Source: Eledone cirrhosa | Lineage: Eukaryota | DNA length: 64,000 nucleotides | NCBI GenBank assembly: GCA_964016885.1 | Contig: OZ024741.1 | Location: 61,070,001-61,134,000 of the forward strand | Direction: 5' to 3' | Shown here: positions 1 to 11,919 of the stretch, piece by piece | How the letters are laid out: each line of letters begins with the position of its first letter | Position numbering within the stretch: position 1 is the first letter of the stretch | Program-made: the position numbers and the translations under genes | The notes under the pieces: generated by a model | Told to the model about the DNA's origin: nothing | The model's database searches: none | The model's input: only the letters and a program-made list of their open reading frames with translations

Positions 1-81
1 TCGATTTAAGCACTCAATATCATGTATTTTCTCTCTCTCTCTCTCTCTCTATCTATTTCTCTCTCTCTCCCTTTCTATCTT

Positions 82-140
<59 letters not shown>

Positions 141-176
141 GGGGGGAGAGATAGAGAGAAAGAGAGAGAGAGATAG

Positions 177-244
<68 letters not shown>

Positions 245-270
245 TGCATGATATTGAGTGCTTAAACCGA
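1..270. repeat. Fold-back palindrome centred on (CT)n-(TA)n-(GA)n microsatellite
   Basis: 1-30 (tcgatttaagcactcaatatcatgtatttt) is the near reverse complement of 241-270; the internal (CT)n and (GA)n runs are also mutually complementary. Confidence 0.85.
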
Positions 271-509
271 ATTGCATCATTATTCCTGAGTTGAGAGTTG
301 CAACCATGACTAGTCAACATGTTTACATAAATATTGTATAAGTGTAGAAATCCACAATCAGAGAAAAACGGAAATATATACTTGCAAATTTACTTACGTG
401 ACGGTAACAAATGAATATATTTTGTGAAAATAACCTTGCATCATTCAGTATCCACGTTTGATACAGCAATACCTTTTCACAAACACACGCAGAGAAACAC
501 ATACACACA

Positions 510-542
<33 letters not shown>

Positions 543-635
543 AGTTGCCCCAAAAATGTATACACACTTTGGTTACTTGTACAGGCAATATTTATTAGAA
601 TGCTCTTGAAGCGCGTATACGTTTTTAGACACACC

Positions 636-748
<113 letters not shown>

Positions 749-927
749 TTATGATTGGTATATATCATTAGAAGTGCCGTAAAGTTGTTTTACTGAATTT
801 ATATTTATTTATTATATAGCGAGTATAACGTGCAATTACTGTAGGTTCACGCGGGTGAGCACACGATGCGTAATTTCTATTCTGTAAAGAGGTGTAGAAC
901 TAAGCAGAGATGTAAACATAATACCAA

Positions 928-1189
928 AAGGACGATTTATGTCTTCATTACGTTTATTGAGTAGTGACGCGCGTTTCCCTATTGATCAGCTGAAGGTTGA
1001 ATCTGTATCAATCAAGCCCGACTCTGGAATCGAAAGCCCGTCTGACCTTTCCTGTCATTTCCACAGCAGAGATCCGACGAGCTCTTGATTCCCGAGTCGG
1101 GCTAGATCAATACAGATCGAAACTTCAGCTGATCAATAGCAAAACGCACGTCACTACTCAATAAACGTAATGAAGACATAACAAATCGT

Positions 1190-1193
<4 letters not shown>
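928..1193. repeat. Imperfect inverted repeat (~115-bp arms) abutting (TA)n
   Basis: aaggacgatttatgtcttcattacgtttattgagtagtgacg... mirrored by ...cgtcactactcaataaacgtaatgaagacataacaaatcgtcctt. Confidence 0.85.
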
Positions 1194-1218
<25 letters not shown>

Positions 1219-1220
<2 letters not shown>

Positions 1221-1799
1221 AGCTTTCACCGTATTTTTTACTAAAGAAATTTGTTAGCCTGATAGTGGGGTTTAGAACCCTCAGAGAAATGGAAAAAGAT
1301 GAGTATTGACATACATGGGAGTCGTACCCACATCTTTGGTTATCCAGACCATTGTGCTACCATTACAGCAACACATCACCCATCTCCTTCCATTCAAATT
1401 AGAAGCTACATTCTTAGCAAGTAAATGACAAGTAAGTATGTTTTGAAACAGTGAGCGAGTTTGAAATTAGAAATATAAGCTTTCACCGTATTTTTGACTA
1501 AAGAAATGGAAAAGAGAAATGGAAAAAGATGAGTATTGACGTGTTGGTGTCATGGTAGCACAGTGGTCTGGATAACCAAAGATGTGGGTTCGACTCCCAT
1601 GTACGTCAATACTCATCTTTTTCTATTTCTCTGAGGGTTCTAAACCCCACTATCAGGCTAAAAAATGTCTTTAGTCAAAAATATGGTGAAAGCTTATATT
1701 TCTAATTTCAAACTCGCTTACTGTTTCAAAACATACTTACTTGTCATTTACTTGCTAAGAATGTAGCTTCTAATTTGAATGGAAGGAGATGGGTGATGT
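1219..1799. repeat. Fold-back of a ~258-bp tandem unit containing a tRNA-like sequence, flanked by (TA)n
   Basis: aagctttcaccgtattttt occurs at ~1220 and ~1478 (direct period ~258); 1540-1799 is the reverse complement of the unit. Confidence 0.8.
1538..1608 (+). pseudogene. tRNA-like cloverleaf (anticodon loop CTGGATA); inverted copy at ~1308-1378
   Basis: Acceptor GACGTGT/GTACGTC, D arm GTGT/GCAC, anticodon arm TGGT/ACCA, T arm GTGGG-TTCGACT-CCCAT; T at position 37 and short variable loop are atypical for Ser. Confidence 0.55.
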
Positions 1800-3006
1800 A
1801 TATATATATGTGTGTGAATGTGTGTGTGTACAGGGGCCGTCTGTTGCAGCGAACGCGCCGATTAAAGAAATATCTCTGTATCAATTCTCTGTTCATATTT
1901 TGCCGTAACCCTGAAGTTGATTACTAAATCTTTACTGTATTTTACACCCAAAAATGTCGTCGGATACCTTCCGTCTTGATGTAAACCACCGGCCATAGAA
2001 ATATGTATTATGTTTGTACGAAACATTAAAGTAATTAAATCCAACCTCTTTTTTTTTTCAACCACAAGATATGAAATCCATGATAGATATTAACGACCAC
2101 GTTGAGTGCTTTTGCTTATTGCATCAGGTCGGCTAATGGCAATGACAAGTTCTACCCATTAGTTAAATCATACAACAAAAACAGAATATTTAGCTTCTAA
2201 TACAGTTGAGTGTTTTCTGGTGTAATGAAGAATGGAAGCTCTAATAGCACTACACATATTTTTTCTTAGTTATCCTGACGAAGATCTCCTCTGGGTAATG
2301 TACTCCACATCCCAGATTTCCACTTGATGAGATGGATATTATATAGAAAAGGAAATTATATGACAATATCCTTGACTTCAAGCAATGTACAATATTTGAA
2401 TACTATTAATTGGAATGATACCGATGAATGTGATCAGATGAGCAGCCTAGGCCGAGGCAACCCGCTTGAACAGATTCTGCCTCATAATATCGGCCCAACC
2501 GACCATAGCCGACGATGTCTCGGCGATTCAATCATTTACCTTACAAATGCATTGTATTCTGTATTGTATTCTATTATACAATATGTTTTACTATATGACA
2601 CTTCTGACGTAATTGCACACGAAGCACATAGCGCGTATACCCTACAACAAACACATTGTACCGAACAGTCAACCTTACATGTCTATGGAAGTTCTCCTAC
2701 ACTCCAACTATCATATCGACATTTTATAACTTTATAATTTTATAATTTTGTAACTCTATATTATGTATTATGTAATATACCATACATTATATTTTATATT
2801 ATGTTTTTACGTTTATATTATTTGTAAATTTTGGAATTTACCTCACCCCATGTCAGCTCTAAACAATAGCTACTTCTTCAATAAATTACTTCTCAAATAG
2901 TTATCTTCATTTATTATATTTGTCACATTTATTACTTACTAGTATAATGTACTACTTCTCATAACTATTATCTTTTTTAGAATGTATTCACCTTTTATTT
3001 ACTGTT

Positions 3007-3200
3007 GCGGTGTTTTGGCAGTATCGGTAGAGCGTCAGACACCATGCTTTGCAGCATAGAGTTATGGCCTTTTGTGTTCTGAGCTCAAATCCGCCGAGAT
3101 TAACTTTGCCTTTCATCCTTACGAGTTCGATAAAATAAAGTACCAGTGATGCACTGGTACTTTATTTTATAAAGTCTTGTGCCAAAAGTAGAAACAATTA
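3007..3200 (+). mobile_element. tRNA-derived SINE
   Basis: A-box TGGCAGTATCGG, B-box-like GAGCTCAAATCC, central TTTGCCTTTCATCC...GTCGATAAAATAAAGTACC; >10 related copies in window. Confidence 0.8.
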
Positions 3201-3678
3201 TTTACTGTCGCGATTCTTTCTTATGGTTAGAATAGGTGGCGTTGTTACCGATATTGCTTTTAGCGGGAGTTAATGCTATGAATTCATGTAATATGTGTCA
3301 TGGGTGTTACTACCGCTTACAGGATTATCTGGTACACATTATATCATTTATCGACCGCTTAGCCGTCCTCTTGATTACCGGATCGGCCGCCGAGATTTGA
3401 TTCTTACCTGGAGTGCTTGGAATAAATTGAACCTAATGTTCAATTTAAGCCCCTCATTCTTGCTCTTGTGTTGGCAAAGCCGCCATTGATCGCTCGTATA
3501 CAGGAAATTAACTGGCCTGTCTACTGATATGCAAATTTGGCTAATCAGTGGATCGGCTAATATGCAGATCTGACTGATCAGTCAGCCTGCTAATATGAAA
3601 ATCAGGCCGATCAGTCACTGTATATTTTAGAAAATATCATATATTCTCACTAGCTCTGACAGTTGGCAGGTGAACAGT

Positions 3679-3728
3679 GAACTGCACTGATGAAGAGTAA
3701 TACCCAGAAACATAAGTGTCTGCAGTTC
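3679..3728 (+). ncRNA. Type I hammerhead ribozyme motif (PLE pseudo-LTR type)
   Basis: Helix I GAACTGCA/TGCAGTTC (8 bp), CTGATGA, weak helix II, GAAAC-ataagt-GTC cleavage triplet. Confidence 0.7.
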
Positions 3729-4022
3729 TGTTTACATGCCAACACAAGAGCAAGAATAAGGGGCTCATTGTACTCACATGGCTTTAAAAAAGAGGCTGTT
3801 TATATTATTGATATTCGAAAAACTCAGATTACATTTATATATATATATGTGTGTGTGCGTTTGAACAATCTCTTGACGTTAGAAACATTTGAAAAATTCG
3901 AAATATTGTAACATGAAAGACAATAACGATTATCGATCACTATGTATGCGTACATATATACACACATAAATGTATATACATGTGTGTTTGTGTTTCTTGT
4001 AATAGAAATATATATACACGTT

Positions 4023-4129
<107 letters not shown>

Positions 4130-4937
4130 CGAATGCATTCAGACAGATTTGAACATTTGTTCCCAAGTTAGCTAAATAAGTCATTGTACACAGCACACGC
4201 CGACCTTTCGAACTCATAAATATTTTTATTTGTTTGGGACTAGTGTTGCCAGATTGTCTGGAGGAATGGTTTTTTAGAGACCATCCGCAAACTGTCAGAA
4301 GATAACACTTTCCTCATGAAATACTCTGTTCTCAGCTGTCCAAGGCAGTTCGTGCCAGTTCATGAAAGACATCAGAACGATGTAGTTGTCCATAGATTTA
4401 CTCCTTTAGGCCAGTGAGCAATATCAACAAAAGTTAGTTATATACAAATTTCTAACATAATTATAACAAACATCCACGCCAATCCATCACACAAACACTC
4501 ACACTATTTTACAGAGAATATCTGTTGCTTTTCCAATAATGTCACAACATCGAAGTAAGAAATTACTTAGAAGTATTAAAGCAGCGGATCTTGTATGTTG
4601 TTCATTCAATACAGGATTCCACACGGCGCTATATATGAGAAAGTTCAATTTACACATTCACCCATCAAGCTAACTTTTACTATTACATTTCATGATACAT
4701 ACTACAGTGAACTACTGACCAATTCATTCAACAACAAATTATCATCAAATTCAAACCCCTTACAATCGAGGAACATATTTAGACAAGTAACAATCAGATA
4801 ATAATTTACACCCTCTACATATATAGATATATACAAATATATATATGTATATATGTGTGTGTGTAGGTATGTATGTAAAAGATAAACAGAAATAACAACA
4901 GAATATTAGGTTAACACTTGAAATAGCAGGAAGAGGG

Positions 4938-4973
4938 TCTTAACGTTTCGGACGCTAGACCTTCTTCAGAAGA
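4938..4973 (-). ncRNA. Minimal hammerhead ribozyme motif
   Basis: Minus strand TCTT-CTGAAGA-aggtctagcgtcc-GAAAC-GTT-AAGA; palindromic helix III (ACGT). Confidence 0.5.
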
Positions 4974-5355
4974 AAGACTGAGAAATAAGATAGATTGAAG
5001 GGACGAGCGGAGTGGAATTATAAAAATGTCTTTAGATAAAAATAACAGGTCCATTCATGTTGATATCTCTTGGAAAACTGTTGATGCCGACGTTTGGTGC
5101 ATGATTTATTTTTAATTTTTTTTTAGAAAAGTGGATGATGGAGCGCGTCTACTTAAAATTGAAAAAAAAAAAATTTATAAAGAGCTATACTTATGTGCGT
5201 GCGTATGCATGTGTGTATCTGTGTACGTGTGTGTGTGTTATTATACGTACGAAGCTAAGAAGATATGTGTGTGTATATGTAAGTAAAAGAGTGTGTGTAT
5301 GCTTGTAAGTACGAAGCTATGAGAAAACGTATGTTAATATAAGGGTGGGTATGTG

Positions 5356-5575
5356 CCGTGGCGGACTGGGTCTAAAAATATTGGTTTCCAGGAGATGAAG
5401 ATGGCCCACTTACATATAGAATGCTATCATTTAATATTTATAATGAATAAATAACACTTTTGAAATATACATAAGTGGAAACAAAACGGTGCAATCAAAT
5501 CTCTTCTTTCTCCAATAAAAAATATTATGTATTTAGCGAAATCCAGAGACTTTCAATAATGACCAGAGGTCGACC
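5356..5575 (+). mobile_element. 5' part of hAT-like non-autonomous DNA transposon (second copy of the 6705 element)
   Basis: c(c/a)gtggcggactg...tctaaaaatattggtt is homologous to 6705-6930. Confidence 0.6.
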
Positions 5576-6083
5576 CTAAATATTACTAATAGCTCTAAGA
5601 AAGCCATGAACGACATCTTTTTAACTTTGATTTTGATAGTAGGTTTATAATTATCAATTTTCGTTATACTTTTGTAGCTGTCTCGGTGGTCTAGTTGGAG
5701 AAATCATAGACGGTGGTGATCCTGGTCTGAAGTCCGATCCTTGTCGGGAGTAGGATTCCCGGCAAACCTTTTTCAGTTTTTTTTTTATTGGTTGTAAAAT
5801 AAAAACTGAAAATGGTCACATGACAAGGATTGAACCCAAGGCCAGGATCTCCATCGTTTCTAGTACCTAACGCTAGGCCACAGAGACAACTACGAAAATC
5901 TTTTGAAAATTCATACTTATAAACCAACTATCAAGTCGTTTATGTCTTTCTTAATGTTATTGCTCCACTTAAGGTCGACTTCTAAATCATTTGGGTGTTC
6001 CATAAACTATATCCTCGTTTTGTTTCTCATCTATCTAGAATACATTTTAACCTGTAATCCATGTTTCATTTCTGTTCCACCTC

Positions 6084-6412
6084 ATAAGTATGTATACGTA
6101 CATATATATATGTATACAGACGTACAATAGTATGTATATACATACATACATGTACACATATATATATATATATGTACGTATGAGTTTACCGAACATTTAT
6201 TATAATGTTCCTTTGTCAGTGTTGAACAAAAGGGCAACGATGGTTACCGAACACTGTCCGGCTTAATTCAGGCTGTTTGTTTACAAACAAACCGAACATT
6301 ATAATAAATGTTCGGTAAACCCATACGTACATATATATGTGTACATGTATGTATGTATATACATACTACTGTACGTCTGTATACATATATGTATGTACGT
6401 ATACATACTTAT
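6084..6412. repeat. Inverted repeat (~125-bp arms, ~85-bp spacer)
   Basis: ataagtatgtatacgtac...tttaccgaacatttattataatgttc mirrored at 6293-6412. Confidence 0.8.
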
Positions 6413-7044
6413 ATTTAAGTATCAGCCGTGCTAAGAGTGAGAAATGAAATTTCAATTAATTTCATTTTTTCCATATATATATATATACAGAGGTATCCAC
6501 TGTAAGTTGTGGGGTCTATTCTGTATGAATAACTCAATGTAATCCATATGTTGAAAATGTTGTAGGTTAAGATAAATCTCAGAAAACAATAAAACATTAA
6601 AAGGAATACAGAGTCATGATATAAGTTAAAACAATGAAATAAAAAATAAAAAATAAAAAAATGTTTAACTTATATATACATGTGTGTGTGTGTGTGTATA
6701 TATACAGTGGCGGACTGAGTCTAAAAATATTGGTTGCCAGGAGATGAAGGGGCCCACCTCCATATAGAGTATTATTATTTAATTTTTATAATGAATAAAT
6801 AACATTTTCAAAAAATACATAAGTGGAAAAAAAACAGTGCAATCAAATTTTTCGGGAAAATATCTTACCTTCTCCAATAAAAAATATTATGTATTTTGCC
6901 AAATCCAGAGACTTTCAATAATGACCTTAGGTCTTTCTCATTCACTCAATATATATATATGCAAAAGTTTTATTTAAAATTGTTGGGTTACAACAAGTAA
7001 ATATTTTATAACTGATATAAAGCACTCAACAAGTTTTGGAGTAG

Positions 7045-7418
7045 ATATACGATATTAAACAAATGGAAACTGTTTTTATAAAACCATATTTATTTCATTA
7101 TACATATTTCGGGGATACCATATTAAAAATATGGCATGCCTTCTTCAGATAAAATACAATATATAAGCAGTTTTATAAATAATTTTGACGTACCATAAAT
7201 ATTGATCAACTTTCATGTAAGAAGTTGGTTTGGTACCAAACCAACTTCTTACATGAAAGTTGATCAATATTTATGGTACGTCAAAATTATTTATAAAACT
7301 GCTTATATATTGTATTTTATCTGAAGAAGGCATGCCATATTTTTAATATGGTATCCCCGAAATATGTATAATGAAATAAATATGGTTTTATAAATATAGT
7401 TTCCATTTGTTTAATATC

Positions 7419-7424
<6 letters not shown>
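7045..7424. repeat. 380-bp near-perfect spacerless palindrome of PLE pseudo-LTR sequence with a hammerhead in each arm
   Basis: Centre GGTACC at 7232-7237; arm sequence also found at 18505-18655. Confidence 0.9.
7314..7377 (+). ncRNA. Type I hammerhead ribozyme motif (mirror copy ~7092-7155 minus; family copy ~18552-18616 minus)
   Basis: ATTTTAT-CTGAAGA-[long helix II ATGCCATATT/AATATGGTAT]-GAAA-TATGTAT-A-ATGAAAT. Confidence 0.65.
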
Positions 7425-7463
<39 letters not shown>

Positions 7464-7979
7464 TATGTGAGTGTGTGTGTGTCTATATATTATGTTTGCA
7501 TGCATGAATGAATACACCAAGCTTTAGATTTAGTAGAATGTACAACCACTAATTCCAGCTATTTGTTCTATCGTGTAGTTTGGTTTCTAGTAATTCCCTG
7601 GGGAACTGGTTCGCCAAAGGCACTGCTTAATTATTTTTTTTTTAATTCTTTCTCTTAGACTTCAGGTATTTTTTGAAAGCAAAGCAATTGGCCCCTAAAA
7701 TACTACAGTGGGCCCTGCAATGCTACAGTGGGCTCTAGCAATCCTACCGTGGGCTCCCTGGGGTCTACTTGCCATTGGGCAACCTGGCAACCTGGCCAGT
7801 CCGCCACTGTGTATAAAGAATATGCAGGGTTGTGAAGGGAAAAGTGGAGTATGCATATTTTGTCGGTCTCTATTAGTTGTAAGACTATATGTTTCTGACC
7901 ATAAGAGAGCGATAAGAATCTAGGGGTGAATGTACAAGCGCGTGTGTGGTAATGGACGGGCTATTAAAGAAATTGGGGA

Positions 7980-8198
7980 GGTGAGTTGAGTCCATGAGGG
8001 AAACAAGACCCAAGGCGGTAAATCAGACTCTGTTCAATCTTGGTGCGCATGGCCTGTGATCCGTGGTGTAAAAGAACACCCAGACTGAGACATGTAGAGA
8101 AGAGTGACCAGGAGAACGGAAATGATGGGCGACAGCAGTATCCAAACCAAGTCGTATGTCACTCAAATGCTCAGCAAAACGGTTCACCACACGGCGTC

Positions 8199-8200
<2 letters not shown>
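7980..8200 (-). pseudogene. Penelope-like element GIY-YIG C-terminal fragment
   Basis: GRRVVNRFAEHLSDIRLGLDTAVAHHF resembles the PLE GIY-YIG motif TGRxLxxRFxEH...VAxHF. Confidence 0.65.
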
Positions 8201-8275
<75 letters not shown>

Positions 8276-9807
8276 AATATTCGAGGTCCAATATAAAGTG
8301 TGAAACTACTAAGACATTTTGTATTTCTGTTTGTTGTCTCCTTGAACGATATATATATATTTAGAAAACATGAGAGAAACACAAGCACAATGACAATTGC
8401 CGCTCATCGGCTGTCTTCTATGGATCACTGATGTTTCGAACGCATTCGAACCCATTTTAGCTATCAACGCACTGCGGTGAGATGTACTGTCTTTAATGCG
8501 TTCGAAACATCAGTCCTCCATTCTCTCTTTGTTATATATATATATATATATATATACATACATTATATAACTATATAAATATATTATATATATATTATTT
8601 ATATATATGTTTATAAATATATAGACATATATGCAAATATATATTTAATCATATGAATATCCATATTTGTATATTATTTACTTTTCTTCATTATTTTATT
8701 TTTGCTTTTATTTGCAAACCCTAAAAATAAACTCGAACTGTTGATACACACACACGTCACTAGATAAACCTTCCTAAAAAAAACATTACCAGACAATAAT
8801 AATTCTTCGTGATTGAAAAACATTTCTCCTTTTATTTGTATTTTTTTGTCTATTTTGAATTATTTGTATTTTTTTATTTTCGCCATCTCCTCATCCTGTC
8901 GAGGTCAGATAAGTGTTGCTAACGACATAATCATACTTTCCCCTCCTTTCTAAAATATTGCTTGCCTTGTGCCTAAATGAGAAATCATTATTACAATTGA
9001 TTTATAACTCCTACCGAGACACAAAAAAGAAACCATTTATTAATTTCTTCAAACAATGGTCATATTCAAAGTTTTTCAATAGAAGTAATTATTTTTATTT
9101 TGAGAATATTTTCAACGAAATATATATTTCTGCTGTTCAACTATATGTATTATTATTTAGAACAAATGCATTATTAACGATGACAATAACAGTTAGAATC
9201 TTGAAAAGAATTGCTTATGATTTTAATCTGTAAGTATTATTGAATCATTTGATATAAAAGAGATTATACGTTTTAATGTTTAATTTTTGTTTATAGACAT
9301 TAACTAGCATTATCTGTTAATAGAAAGAAAAATTTAAATGTTCATATGCTCTTTGTTACGATAATAACTATTATACTTTGAAAACAATATTACATTAATC
9401 TTGAATTAATTTAGAGTATTTTTTCAATTAATTTTAAAAGACCTTTCATTGTGTATTTCTTTACAATATATGGGTGGGTGGGGGTGATTGAACCAAACAA
9501 ACAAACGCTTTTATAACATTTATATGAAAAATTGCATCATTTATACTTGGAAACAAAGAAACAATATAAGTAGTTATATAAGTATTATTCACACACTCTC
9601 ACACACACGCATACATATATACATACATATATATACATACATACACACATACACACGTACGTACATACATACATACATACATACATACACACAAGTACAT
9701 ACATACATACATACATACATATTTATATGTGTGTGTATATATATATAAAATTTCAAATGTAGTCGACCTTATGTAAATGAGTCTGACACTATTCAATCAC
9801 TATCAAT

Positions 9808-9996
9808 AATGGTTTCTACTTTTGGAACAAGGCCAGCAATTACCCAGTACATTACTGGTACTTTATTTTATCGACCCCGTAAGGATGAAAAGCAAAGTTA
9901 ACCTCGGCGGGATTTGAACTCAGATCATAAACGGAGGTAACTCTATGCTTCAAAGCATGGCGTCCGACCCTCTACCGATACTGCCAATCCTCCGTC
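9808..9996 (-). mobile_element. tRNA-derived SINE
   Basis: Reverse complement of the 3007 SINE family. Confidence 0.85.
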
Positions 9997-10191
9997 ATCT
10001 ATAAATAATACTTGAGTACTTTACCCGATTTTCTCTTTGATCGGCTATATTCCTATAAACTGGGATGACTACATTTCAAATTTCCTGTGCACCCTCCCTG
10101 TATTGGTTCTAAACCTATCTAGTCTTCCATATACATTTTGAAACAACTCTAGTTCAAAATATATTTCCATCTCTAGTTCTTTTAAAAAATC

Positions 10192-10192
<1 letters not shown>

Positions 10193-10276
<84 letters not shown>

Positions 10277-10343
10277 ATAGTAATAGTAATAGTAGTAGTA
10301 GTAGCAGAAGCAGCAGCAGCAGTAGTAGTAGGTAGTAGTAGTA
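10193..10343. repeat. (TAG)n/(CAG)n trinucleotide microsatellite
   Basis: Direct reading. Confidence 0.95.
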
Positions 10344-11026
10344 ACATAGTGTGATTCATAGCAGAAGTTATTAGGAAAGCATGTACGATACGTTTATGCA
10401 TAATAAACATATATGCCTCGTTATGAGCGTTTTAAGTCGTAATTATGTCACAGCTATCACAGTAGCCGTGAAAGAATGCCAGACACGTGTTTCGGGATTT
10501 TTATCCCATCATCTGCGATGTTTCTTCACTCTGTATTGAGATAAAAAGTAAGCTATTGCTTATTTACATTTTGCATTATGAAGCATATTCCTTTGCATAT
10601 ATCAAAATATTAAAATCCTCAAACACGTGTCCGGTGTTCCCATAGTTTATTGAGACAGCTAACAAAATCACAGCTTGAAACATTCATAGCGAGACTTATG
10701 TGTTTATTATACACATTCAACATACATATATATATATTCAACATTTGATAAGATGGATTTTACTAATACATCGAAACCGGTTATACTTTATATTCTTTAT
10801 ACACATTACAAAACTCTTTTTAAAAGAATTGTCCCTCTCATTTTTTTAAATAATGTCCCTTTGACGAATCAAAGAAAGAAAAAAAAAAAGAAAACATCCT
10901 AAAATATATTTTCCGTGCTATTTCCAACTTCACCTTCTCTCTCTATATATATATATATATGTGTGTGTGTCTGTGCGTGTGTGGAGTGTGTGTGTGTGTG
11001 TGTCTGTGCGTGTGTGGAGAGTCTGT

Positions 11027-11074
<48 letters not shown>

Positions 11075-11919
11075 TGGGTTCAATCGGGAGTAGCCACAGT
11101 AAATAAGGTACTCAGTACATTTGTAGAGTGTATACAAGAAATTTGGGTAAAGACTCCTTTCGGTGACGAATCTCCATGAGATTTGCAACTAGAAAGTTCC
11201 TCGCCGAGGCACAAGCCTGGGCGAAATTGTTTGTAGTAGACCAGCAGAGACCCATGCATACCAGACTCCCCTCTCCACAACACCGATGTTATACAAAAGA
11301 AAGGCAATAGCACCAACGGCGCCCGCTCTACTCCATCAAGAGTTGCGTATCCTTACATACACGCATTAACCTTTAACGTTATGCCGTCATAGTGCTGATT
11401 TTCACTTATCAAAGCAAATTTTTTGTCTTTATTTTTTCAATCCTGGATGATCATATTGTTCTGAACTGCTTTATAATTATATATTTGAACATATATTCTT
11501 TCCTAGCCTACAACCTATAAAGTTAAAGTTAATTACCTACATTATATCATATACTCATAGCGGTAATAGCATGCTTAGATATCTCACGTATTTGATTATC
11601 ACTATAAAACTATATAATTTACTATCTCTGTACCAATTCTCTTAATTATAACCTACAATATTTAATCTATTTCTTTATACACTGATACAGCTTAATATCA
11701 ATAGAAATATTCTTATATTTTTTTGCTAGCTTCAGTCATAAGACTTCGCCCATGCTGGGGCGCCGCATTTAATCGATCATATTGACGACTTTACATTTTT
11801 TTTTTTTTTCAGATGTAGTACATATTTTATCGATCCATTTTGGTCGAACCGCTGAGAAATATAAACACAGAAATGAACACACACGCAAAGACATGCTTGC
11901 GCGCTCATATATATATATA

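Larger units (their letters stand above)
6705..7809. mobile_element. hAT-like non-autonomous DNA transposon interrupted by a PLE pseudo-LTR palindrome
   Basis: TIRs CAGTGGCGGACTG / CAGTCCGCCACTG; degenerate 8-bp flanks tatatata / tgtataaa. Confidence 0.6.

Noticed and set aside
4170-4800. Possible decayed DNA-transposase or host exon
   Set aside because: Only a weak GV-x-x-MD-like hint; no continuous frame, so it cannot be supported without a homology search
11155-11310. Possible RTE-type LINE 5' UTR fragment
   Set aside because: Resemblance is from memory only, with no adjoining ORF to confirm it
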